Source: an uncultured Lentisphaerales bacterium
GTDB lineage: Bacteria > Verrucomicrobiota > Lentisphaeria > JABSQK01 > UBA12247
Direction: 5' to 3'
Length of the DNA: 64,000 nucleotides
Assembly (NCBI GenBank): GCA_943788985.1
Contig: CALSSJ010000030.1
Coordinates: 63,769 to 127,768 of the forward strand
Shown here: one piece after another, positions 34,780-43,802 of the stretch
How positions within the stretch are numbered: the stretch's first letter is position 1
Layout: every line of letters starts with the position of its first letter
The notes under the pieces: model-generated
Told to the model about the DNA's origin: nothing
What the model saw: the letters and a program-made list of their open reading frames with translations, nothing else
The model's database searches: none
Program-made: the position numbers and the translations under genes

Positions 34780-37234
34780 GGAGCTGAATCATCATCTGAT
34801 CAGGCGAGTTCGCGTACAACATGACTCGGGCCACTCTGCGGTCGATCTCGATCTCGCGAAATGCGAGCTGCACGTGGGCAATGCGCAGCCCGAACGAATA
34901 GCGACTCGCGAGCGGACCTGTTGCCTCAGGTGGAAGCGGGGCGACGTGCTTGCCCACCACCATGCCGATCACCTGGCCGTCGTCGCCCACGATTGGCGCG
35001 CCGTCATAGGAGCTTGGCAACTCGCCGATCATGCCGCAAAACTGCGTGTGACCGACCACCCTCGGCTCCGCAACCGCAGCCTGTATAAAGCCGGGCGTGA
35101 TCTCCTCGCCTTCGCCGCTCACTCCGAGTGCAAAGAAGCGGTCTCGTTTCGAGAGCCTGGCACCACTCATCCAAAATGCAGGGGGCAGTGAGAACCGGCC
35201 GGTGGGCTTGAGCAGTGCTAAATTCTCTTTCGCATCTGAGAACACCAACTCCATGTTGCGTTCCTTTCCCTGAATCATCGCGATGATCTCGCGGCGCCCG
35301 GAGACCACATGGAAGGCGGTCGCAATCAGACCGTTCTCCGTGACCCAACCAGTTCCACGGGCAATTTTCGGCCGCGTCGCGGGGAGCCCGATCACTGTTT
35401 GCGTGGGCACTCCCGGTGAAGGCGGTGACTCCAGATCCAGCCCCAGCTCCTTGCTCAACTGTCGCAAAATCCCTAGTTTTTCCGGGGAAACGGCGACCGC
35501 CCGCGTGGGGGTGCCGGTCGCGTGCGAGGGCTGAGTTGACTCCTGTGTCCTGGACGAAGGCCCTGCACCCGATGGTGCACCTGCAGCCATGTGGAGTTCT
35601 GCCGCGGCCATAGCCTTACTCACAACCTCGGGCACGGTCGGCGCAATGCTAAAGGGCTCAGCCTTTACGAACTCAACTTTGATGCGCGGTATCGAGTTGG
35701 TCAACTCGCTTGTTCTGATATTCGAAGCCAGCGGTGACCAGGCATAGTTGGCAACAAACATCGCACGCAAGTCTCCAGCCTCCTCGCTCGGCGGCAAGAA
35801 GTTTATGCGCCGCAGCTCCGTGCGCGCCGCATCTCTAGCCAGCTCCATACCGCGCGTTATGTCCTTGGCCACGCCAATCCCCTGCTGGTACATGCGGCCC
35901 AGCTTGCTCTGCGCCGCTGCGTGACCTGAGTCTGCCGCCTTCGTATACCACTCGGCCGCTGCTTCGTAATCCACCTCAAGCCCCATATCTCCAGTCTGGT
36001 AAGCATGCCCGATGTAGACTTCTGCATCATGGTCCCCGCCCTCAGCAGCACGCTGAAAGCACTCCATCGCGCGATGTGGGTCCTTCTTTACGCCATTCCC
36101 CTCCAAATGCATGATTGCGATCTGCGTGACTGCCGAAGCACTGCCAGCTCTTTCCGCGTCGCGGAACGACTTCATCGCGTCGCGAAAGTCGCGCTGATCC
36201 AGATCCCCCATCCCGCTGAGTTGCAGTTTCCCCAGCAATGTCATTCCCTCCGCGGAGCCGCGGTTCGCCGCCCGCTCGTAATAGGCATACGCCTTCGCAT
36301 AATCCGGCCTCTTTTGCGGATCTAGGATTCCCATTTCGTAGATTTCCCCCAGAGCCAGCAGTGCCGGCGGATGGCCAACCAGTGCAGCCTGCTCATACCA
36401 GTGAAGCGCCTTGGCGACGTCCTGATCCATGCCAACGCCATGCAGATGGATGCGTGCTAAGGTCTCAATAGCTGCCATGTTCTCATTGCGAGCGGATGCC
36501 TCAAGCCATTCCAAGGCCACTTGATCCAGCTTCTGACTCTGGCGAGTGCCAATAGTCAACAGTGCTCGAAACAGCTGCGCGTCCGTGTTGCCATTTGCCG
36601 CCGCCGCATCGGCCCACTCCTGGGCCATCCCCAAGTCCTTGTCCACGCCATGCCCGGTAGCATGGATCAGCGACATAAAGAACTGTGCGCTGTTATTCTG
36701 CGTTTCTGTGGCTTGGTGCGCGTGCAGGATTCCCTGCTGAAAATCGGTCGTAATCCCGAAGCCATTGTGATACATCCAGGCCAGGTTAGCGATTGAAGGC
36801 GCATGCCCTTTGGCCGCGGCTATCTTGTAGTACGTCACGGCTTCACGCGGCGATTGCTCACCACCCAGCCCACTTAGAGCCATCGCAGCGTACAAGTACA
36901 TCCCATCCAAATGACCGGCATCCGCGGCCTTTCGCGCCCAGTCGCGCCCCCTCTCCGGCGATACCGCCTTGTCACGCACGGACATCAGCGCAAGTTCATA
37001 CATCGCCTTACTGTGGCCTTCCTTCGCCGACCGCTTAAACAGGTCTTCTGCCTCCAACAGTTTGTTGCTACTGAGCGCTTGGTAGGCTCGATCAAACGCC
37101 GTCACGCCAACAGAAAGCAACGACAGCTTTCGAGCATCGGAGCCATCGCCCGAGTTTACATTTGGCGGCGGAGCTTGCCACACGATTAGGGTGGCGACGA
37201 CAACAACACCGTACCAACAGAATAATCTTACCAT
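34748..37234 (-). CDS. Sel1-like repeat protein with a C-terminal trypsin-like domain
   Basis: N-terminal TM; roughly ten or more Sel1 repeats (A..W..KAA..G...A...LG..Y..G.GV); GTGW...IATAFHVV...LALLK...GAPIV...G.VIGM. Confidence 0.8.
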   Translation of the reverse strand: MVRLFCWYGVVVVATLIVWQAPPPNVNSGDGSDARKLSLLSVGVTAFDRAYQALSSNKLLEAEDLFKRSAKEGHSKAMYELALMSVRDKAVSPERGRDWARKAADAGHLDGMYLYAAMALSGLGGEQSPREAVTYYKIAAAKGHAPSIANLAWMYHNGFGITTDFQQGILHAHQATETQNNSAQFFMSLIHATGHGVDKDLGMAQEWADAAAANGNTDAQLFRALLTIGTRQSQKLDQVALEWLEASARNENMAAIETLARIHLHGVGMDQDVAKALHWYEQAALVGHPPALLALGEIYEMGILDPQKRPDYAKAYAYYERAANRGSAEGMTLLGKLQLSGMGDLDQRDFRDAMKSFRDAERAGSASAVTQIAIMHLEGNGVKKDPHRAMECFQRAAEGGDHDAEVYIGHAYQTGDMGLEVDYEAAAEWYTKAADSGHAAAQSKLGRMYQQGIGVAKDITRGMELARDAARTELRRINFLPPSEEAGDLRAMFVANYAWSPLASNIRTSELTNSIPRIKVEFVKAEPFSIAPTVPEVVSKAMAAAELHMAAGAPSGAGPSSRTQESTQPSHATGTPTRAVAVSPEKLGILRQLSKELGLDLESPPSPGVPTQTVIGLPATRPKIARGTGWVTENGLIATAFHVVSGRREIIAMIQGKERNMELVFSDAKENLALLKPTGRFSLPPAFWMSGARLSKRDRFFALGVSGEGEEITPGFIQAAVAEPRVVGHTQFCGMIGELPSSYDGAPIVGDDGQVIGMVVGKHVAPLPPEATGPLASRYSFGLRIAHVQLAFREIEIDRRVARVMLYANSPDQMMIQLRDSIVQIVAE

Positions 37235-37271
37235 GACAACAAACCCTCGCAACCTATAAGATTCAGAACTG

Positions 37272-37964
37272 CTACCTTACCTTCAAACGCAGCGAAGCGT
37301 TACTGTCCTCCGCACTTTTCGAGACAACATGCAAGACATCATCGCGAATCTCAACCGTTTTGGCACGTGACAGAATCTTCTGTACCTGTTCATGCTGGGA
37401 CACGCGATCAATCACGGTATCGGCCCGCCGCAGCAGCGTAGTCGGAATCGCAATGCCGTTTAGACTGAGTTCATTGAATTTCACGGTCAGCACTCCCTCG
37501 GAGGTGCTTATCTCCACGTCATAGGTTGCGTTAAAATAGCCGCCTCCGCCACTATCCGGCCTGTCCCCAGATGCCTTGGACACCAGATTTCGCGGGATGC
37601 TGAGTTGACCAATCATCCGATCGCCATCTATCTCCACCCGAGACTTGACACCAGCGGCTCTCATCAACGGGTTTGCTGACAGTAAGGTGTTCAGTTCCTC
37701 CGTGCGGTAGCTGAATGCTTCCCCGGTGCCAAGTTTCAGGGCCTGGAAGGTCCGCTCAACGCTGCGGTTCACCCGTGCCACTTCCTCCTTACTCGGCCGA
37801 TAGGGAGCAATCTGCAGCGGGGCCGCCGTCTTTGCCGCGCGGTTGATATCCGCCGCTTTCTTTGCCCACGTCACTGCCAGGCCAATCACGACTACCACCG
37901 CGGTCAGGAGTCCAGCAGATAGGCCCAAACCGCCCAGCAAAACAGCCACGAGGAATTCCTCCAC
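37272..37964 (-). CDS. Membrane-anchored hypothetical protein (5' end uncertain)
   Basis: N-terminal TM followed by a soluble domain. An upstream KKRRGGIPRGCF segment in another frame suggests a frameshifted start. Confidence 0.5.
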   Translation of the reverse strand: MEEFLVAVLLGGLGLSAGLLTAVVVVIGLAVTWAKKAADINRAAKTAAPLQIAPYRPSKEEVARVNRSVERTFQALKLGTGEAFSYRTEELNTLLSANPLMRAAGVKSRVEIDGDRMIGQLSIPRNLVSKASGDRPDSGGGGYFNATYDVEISTSEGVLTVKFNELSLNGIAIPTTLLRRADTVIDRVSQHEQVQKILSRAKTVEIRDDVLHVVSKSAEDSNASLRLKVR

Positions 37965-38301
37965 GGCGCTTCTTCGTTACAGCTTCAGGCTCCCGCCCTC
38001 TGTTCGGTCCATGCTGGCTCCGGCAAAATCAAATGGCGGGTAGGGTACTCGGATCACTCCATATCTTCAAGCTCATTTGTACCAAAAATCCCTAAATTTT
38101 ACGCATTCCGTTTTCACTCGAGCATTATTCCTCAGCTCATGATCCTACTCCTGGCCGTCAGAACTGCGATGGTGAGAGGCCCCTTCGCGATGTACTGTAT
38201 CGGTCCACCTCCGCGGGCTTCCCGCTGACCATCCCCCCAAAGGTTATACCGACGATGATGATTGAATCCTGCGCCTGCCTAAGCCGCCTTCGAGTCCACA
38301 T

Positions 38302-40937
38302 TTGAGGGGGCTGCTAGCATTCCTGATCCGGCGAGCACTGCGTGTCCGCTACGACATTTCCTTCGAAGGCCTCGACCAAATTCGCGGCCAAAAAGGCGTA
38401 TTCATCCTACCAAATCATCCCGCCGAGATGGATCCGGTGATCATGTCCTGCTTTCTCTGGAGCCAACTCACACCCGCATCCAGTCCCAATCGAGGACGTC
38501 TTCGAAATGCCAGGCGTAAACTGGCTGATGAAGCAAGCTGGTGCGATTCCCATGCCCAACATGGACTCCGGCGCGGGGCCGTATAAACGCCTTCGCGTCG
38601 AGAAGTTCGATTGCGAACATCGCAACGCTCCTCGCCGACGGCGAAAATGTCCTCCTATATCCAGCTGGACGGCTGATGCGGGGCGAGCTAGAAGACCTGC
38701 GCTCTACCAGCGCCGTAGCCGATATCCTCGCCCAAGTACCCCAAGCAAAAATACTGCGCGTGCGCATCCGCGGGCTACTCGGCAGCTCATTCTCCTGGGT
38801 TGCCCATCAGAACAGGCCACCACTCGGCAGCATGCTGCTGCGAGGAATCAAGTATGCCCTAGCAAACCTGCTCCTGTTCTGCCCAAAGCGCAAAGTCACC
38901 GTCACAGTCGAACTCTGCGATCCAGCCGATGTGCCGGCGGAGCGCGTCGCCCTCAATCGCTGGCTCGAAAACTGGTATAATGAGCCCGGCCCGGAGCCAT
39001 TGACCCAAGTCTCCTACCTCTGCTGGACGGAACGACTTTTTCCCTATCAGGAGCAGGCTGAGCAGGACCAAGTCGACCTCACGCAGATTGATGCTTCGAT
39101 CCGCGCCCAGGTTTGCGCAGAGCTCGCGCGGCTTTCCGGCCGCGAGCCCGACGAGGTCCAGCCTGGCCAGTCCATCGAGCGTGATCTTGACCTAGACTCC
39201 TTAGCCTCCGCCGACCTTGTCAGCTGGATTGACGAGACCTTCCACGTCAGCGATGTCGACAACGCCGATCTCAGGCGTGTCTCGGATGTCATGGCCGCTG
39301 CTGCCCACTTACTCAAGGGAAGCCAAGACGGAGCTCTCCCCCCCCAAAAAGGTTGGGAGGAAGCCCGCCGGCCGCAGCTACGCGCTCCTGCCCTGGACCA
39401 GAGCATCGTCGAGAACTTCCTTTGGACCACCACCCGCATGGGGCCATACGTCGCCATGGCCGACCCTGCCCGAGGTGCCGTGAGCTACGCGCAGGCACGA
39501 ATCGCAGTGATTCTCCTGGCAGAGGTCATCCGGACGCGAGAAGAACAAAACATCGGCATCATGCTCCCAGCAGCCTGCGGCACAAACCTACTTATTATGG
39601 CTACCATGCTAGCGGGCAAGACTCCCGTCTTGATCAACTGGACCGTCGGGGACACCAACCTGCGCCATGTGATCGAGATTGCTGGTGTGAAAGTCATCTA
39701 CACCTCAGAAGCCTTCCTGGATCGGCTCGACGCCATTGACTTCGACTACCTCGCCGCCTTCATCCAGCCTCTCGAAGTCCTCAAGGGGGTCCTCACTCTC
39801 GGCCGCAAGCTCAGCGCCCTACGCAAAGCCAAGCAGACCGACAGCGACATTCTTGCGCACTTCGCACACGAACGAGACCTCGACAAGCCTGCCGTCATCC
39901 TCTTCACGAGCGGATCAGAGTCCGTCCCGAAGGGCGTACCACTGAGCCATCGCAACATCCTGGCAAATGTCACCGGCTGCATGCAGCACGTAGCCCTCGA
40001 CAGCAGCGACATTCTATACGGCTTTCTGCCCCCCTTCCATTCGTTTGGCTTCACCGTCACCTCCATGCTTCCCCTCCTGTCTGGGCTCAAGGTCTGCTAC
40101 CATCCCAACCCCACCGAAAGCAGGCGCCTCGCCTCCGGCATCGCCCGCTGGCAGGCCACCCTCATCTGTGGCACCCCCACATTCGTCGCTGGCATCTGCC
40201 GCGCTGCTGAGCCTAGCCAACTCCACTCGCTGCGACTCATTCTCACCGGCGCGGAAAAAACCCCAGACTCACTCTTCCAGGCCCTGGCGACACAGGCACC
40301 CGGCGCCGCCCTGCTCGAAGGCTACGGAATCACCGAGTGCGCCCCCGTTCTCACCCTCAATCAAGCACAGCTTCCGCGTTGTGGGGTCGGGGCCCCGCTC
40401 GGCGACGTCCAGATCCAGATCGTCCATCCCGAGACCCACGAACCCGTCCCTCCTGGCGGCCAAGGCCTCATCCTGGTGCGTGGCCCCAGTATTTTCGCCG
40501 GCTACCTGGCGCTACCAGAGAATAATCCCTTCCTCCAACATGACGGTTCCTCCTGGTACAACACTGGGGACCTCGGCTTCCTCAATGAACTGGGCCAGCT
40601 CACCCTATCCGGCCGACTCAAACGCTTCGTCAAGATTGCTGGCGAGATGATCAGCCTGCCCGCGATGGAGGCCGCCCTCCTGGCCGCCTGGCAGCCAGCG
40701 GATGACGCCGAGGGCCCTGCCCTCGCCATCGTCGCCTACGAGGCCGATGGCGAGCGTCCCGAGCTAGTCTTGGGCACCATCTTCGACAAAGATCAAGACG
40801 CTGCCAATGAAGCGCTACGCGAAGCCGGCTTTGGCAGTCTCGCCCGCGTCCGCCGCGTCGTCACCGTACCCGAGATTCCCCAGCTAGGTTCCGGCAAGAC
40901 CGACTACCGCAGCCTGAAAGCGGCGCTCGCTACCTAG
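38302..40937 (+). CDS. Aas-like acyltransferase-ACP-acyl-adenylate ligase fusion (two early frameshifts)
   Basis: HxxxxD motif NHPAEMDP and LLYPAG; ACP motif DLDSL; AMP-binding motifs LFTSGSESVPKG, EGYGITE, YNTGDLG, GRLKRF, GSGKTD. Confidence 0.85.
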
Positions 40938-40968
40938 CCAGCCAGCCATCCCGGAAGGATGAACGAAC

Positions 40969-40991
40969 GTAGCCGGTGGTGCAACCACCGG
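40969..40991 (+). repeat. REP-like palindrome
   Basis: GTAG-CCGGTGGT-GCA-ACCACCGG: GTAG foot plus a perfect 8-bp stem. Confidence 0.55.
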
Positions 40992-41241
40992 AGCGCCCAA
41001 AAAAAACGGTTACGCCCGAGAAGGGCGACAGAAGGCGCGCTTCAGCCGAGCTCAGTCTCTGCCTCTATGTGCTGTGATGCGGCCTCCTCGGATGCCCGTA
41101 AGGTAACCGCCAATACACACACCTTCCCGATCAATTATCTGCGATTCTCCAGACCGACCCAATCTGCGAGAATTTGTGCAATCTGCGGATGGAGTTCCCC
41201 CCCGGCTAATCTTTGACCATCACAGTGGAATTCGAAAATCG

Positions 41242-42480
41242 ATGACTGAAATTAGAACGATTGTTTTTTTGAGTCTCGCGGTTGCAGCCTACCAGCTAGC
41301 TGCCGGTGACAAAAACTGGCCCCCGACTAAGGTCGATGTAGACGGGCGTAAATGCGAGGTCTTCCGCCATGGGCCCCAGGCAGCGTGGGGCTACAAGACG
41401 TACCAGAATGACAGCTTCGTCGTCGTTCATCCCAAGGCCCCCCGGACCAATGCCCCGCTGTACGTGGTGCTGCATTCCGCCGGGCATGACGTCTGGAGTG
41501 CGGTGAAATGCACGGCCCAGTTCGGCAATCACGACATCTATCGGGCGCCAGACGATTTCTATGCGCTGTACCTTGATTGCCGGGCGAACAAAGGCGACTG
41601 GTGGTGGGGCGGAAGAAATCCCAAGTCACGCGAGAGCGACGCAGCCAAAGGCGGCGGTGCCCTATCACCGGCAGAACGACGTGTCATTGGCACCGTCGCG
41701 TGGGTTATCGACACCTACGGGATTGACCCGAACCGCGTCTACCTCTCTGGAAATTCCATGGGTGGCAGCGGCACCCTAGGCATCGGCCTGCGCCATGGCG
41801 ACCTCTTTGCTGCCATCAAGGCCAACGTGCCCGCCGGAATCGAGCACGTCTGGGACCGCATGCACCTAGCGGCCGCCACACTCACGGCCGAGAACAAGAT
41901 CCCCGAGCCTCCGGTGGTCATTGACTACTCGGGCGTAAACGATCATTGGTCCATCCGCCACGAAGCCTTTGCCAAGGCGATGAACGACCGCAAATATCCC
42001 TTCTACTTCTACTGGGGCCCCTTCGGCCACGCCAACAACGATCAGAAGATGATGAAGGTGAATGACCTGATCCATTCATTTGACTGGCTGGCGATCCGCA
42101 AGAACGCGGCCTATGCAGTCTTCACCAACGCGTCCTGCAACGATGCCCTGCCCACATTCGGCAACCGCGACAGCAAGGCCTTGGGCCAAGTCAATGCGTT
42201 CTTTCGCTGGACTGCCATTGCGGACTCCGCAGCCAAGTTTGAGATGTCCCTGCATCTAATCTCGCCGAAGGAGCTGACGACCCGCTTCACGATTCCCACC
42301 GAAGCCACGGCAGACGTCTCGATCCGCAGGCTCCAGGAATTCGTAATCTCCCCCGGCGACACCCTAAACTGGCGTTTTGCCCCTGTCTCCGGCACCGTCA
42401 CAGCCGATGCTTCAGGCCTCCTTACTATCCCTGCCCTTACCATCACCGCCACCCCAGAAACCTTGACCATCTGGCGATAG
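41242..42480 (+). CDS. Secreted alpha/beta-hydrolase (esterase/peptidase-like)
   Basis: Signal peptide, LYVVLHSAG, IDPNRVYLSGNSMGGSG nucleophile elbow, GH near the end of the catalytic domain; ATG at 41242. Confidence 0.75.
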   Translation: MTEIRTIVFLSLAVAAYQLAAGDKNWPPTKVDVDGRKCEVFRHGPQAAWGYKTYQNDSFVVVHPKAPRTNAPLYVVLHSAGHDVWSAVKCTAQFGNHDIYRAPDDFYALYLDCRANKGDWWWGGRNPKSRESDAAKGGGALSPAERRVIGTVAWVIDTYGIDPNRVYLSGNSMGGSGTLGIGLRHGDLFAAIKANVPAGIEHVWDRMHLAAATLTAENKIPEPPVVIDYSGVNDHWSIRHEAFAKAMNDRKYPFYFYWGPFGHANNDQKMMKVNDLIHSFDWLAIRKNAAYAVFTNASCNDALPTFGNRDSKALGQVNAFFRWTAIADSAAKFEMSLHLISPKELTTRFTIPTEATADVSIRRLQEFVISPGDTLNWRFAPVSGTVTADASGLLTIPALTITATPETLTIWR

Positions 42481-42528
42481 CCGGACGGCGCAGCCGCAGA
42501 ATACTGGTGCCAGCGTTTTCTGCTTTTG

Positions 42529-42556
42529 GACTCGCGACTTGCGACTGGCGACTAGC
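42529..42556 (+). repeat. Heptamer tandem repeat GACTNGC x4
   Basis: GACTCGC GACTTGC GACTGGC GACTAGC in a convergent intergenic region. Confidence 0.75.
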
Positions 42557-42661
42557 GTTTTTCAAGAGACGCAACGACGCGATGACTCGAGATTTCAGTC
42601 CTGCGATCTGAGAGGACGAAACAACCCTGAGCTGCCTGCCGGGTTGCCGCAAGAAACAGAT

Positions 42662-43789
42662 CTATTTCAAGTCGTCGAGCAGGCTTCGCTTGACCCCATC
42701 ATCTTCAGCCACAGGTGCTGGCGCCGGATTCTCATTCAAGGCCCCCAGCGCGGCGGTATCCACCGCTGGCCCTGCGGCTACCACTGGGGCCTTGGGCTTC
42801 TCCTCGCCCAGTTGCCCCAAAAGCTGCTCATCCAGCTCAATTTTGGGCGCCTCATAGGCCTCATCCTGCAAGAAATCTGCGACGCCTGTGCCCATTTTAG
42901 CCCCGGCCGTCTCGGTCTCTGCGTTGTTGGCAGCCACAGACTTGAGAAAGAACTGCTCTAAGGACTCACTCGGAGTGGCCACCTCAAGCTTCAGCTCGCC
43001 AAGCTCGCCCTTAAGCACCTGCTCGACAGCACCCAGCGTCTTGTCAGACACACGCGGGAACTCCAGCCGCATCCGACCCCGGTCGTGCAGCAAATCACGG
43101 GTCGCACCCGCGGCCCGCTGCTTGCCGCCATAAACCAGCATCAATTGATCGCAGACATCCTCTACGTCGGCAAGCAGGTGGCTGGTCAGAAGCACGGTCT
43201 TTCCCCGCTTTGACAGCGTCAGAATCAAGTCCTTCACTTCCCGACAGCCAACTGGATCCAGCCCAGCTGTTGGCTCGTCCAGAATTAAAAACTCTGGGTC
43301 ATTCAGCAACGCTTGGGCCAAGCCCATTCGCCGCCCCATCCCATGGGAAAACTCACCAATCTTGCGCCGTTTGGCATTAGTCAGCCCGACCATTTCGAGT
43401 AGCTGCTCGCTTCGCTTCTCGATCTGCTCCTTATTCAGGCCCAGCAATTCGCCAAAATAGCGCAGCGTTTCCTCGGCGGTGAGCTGCTTGTACAGCTGCG
43501 AACGCTCCGGCAAATAACCGATTCGATGCTTATTCTCCACGTCGCGCGGATCCTTGCCCAGCACCGAAATGCGCCCACTGGTGGGGAACAAATGCCCAAG
43601 GATCAGCTTAATCAGCGTCGATTTCCCAGCGCCATTGGGACCGAGCAAACCGAAAATTTGCCCCTGTTCGATTTCGATATCCACGTCGTCCAAGGCTGCG
43701 ACCTTCTTGCGCCCCCAAAAATCACGAAATGTTTTGGTTAGGCCGCGGCCGTATACGACGCGTTGTGCCTGGTCTGTTTCGAGAGCCAT
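42662..43789 (-). CDS. ABC transporter ATP-binding protein
   Basis: GPNGAGKST, FSHGM signature, LILDEPT, TSH switch; acidic low-complexity tail. Confidence 0.93.
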   Translation of the reverse strand: MALETDQAQRVVYGRGLTKTFRDFWGRKKVAALDDVDIEIEQGQIFGLLGPNGAGKSTLIKLILGHLFPTSGRISVLGKDPRDVENKHRIGYLPERSQLYKQLTAEETLRYFGELLGLNKEQIEKRSEQLLEMVGLTNAKRRKIGEFSHGMGRRMGLAQALLNDPEFLILDEPTAGLDPVGCREVKDLILTLSKRGKTVLLTSHLLADVEDVCDQLMLVYGGKQRAAGATRDLLHDRGRMRLEFPRVSDKTLGAVEQVLKGELGELKLEVATPSESLEQFFLKSVAANNAETETAGAKMGTGVADFLQDEAYEAPKIELDEQLLGQLGEEKPKAPVVAAGPAVDTAALGALNENPAPAPVAEDDGVKRSLLDDLK

Positions 43790-43802
43790 GCTCTTACCTC
43801 AT

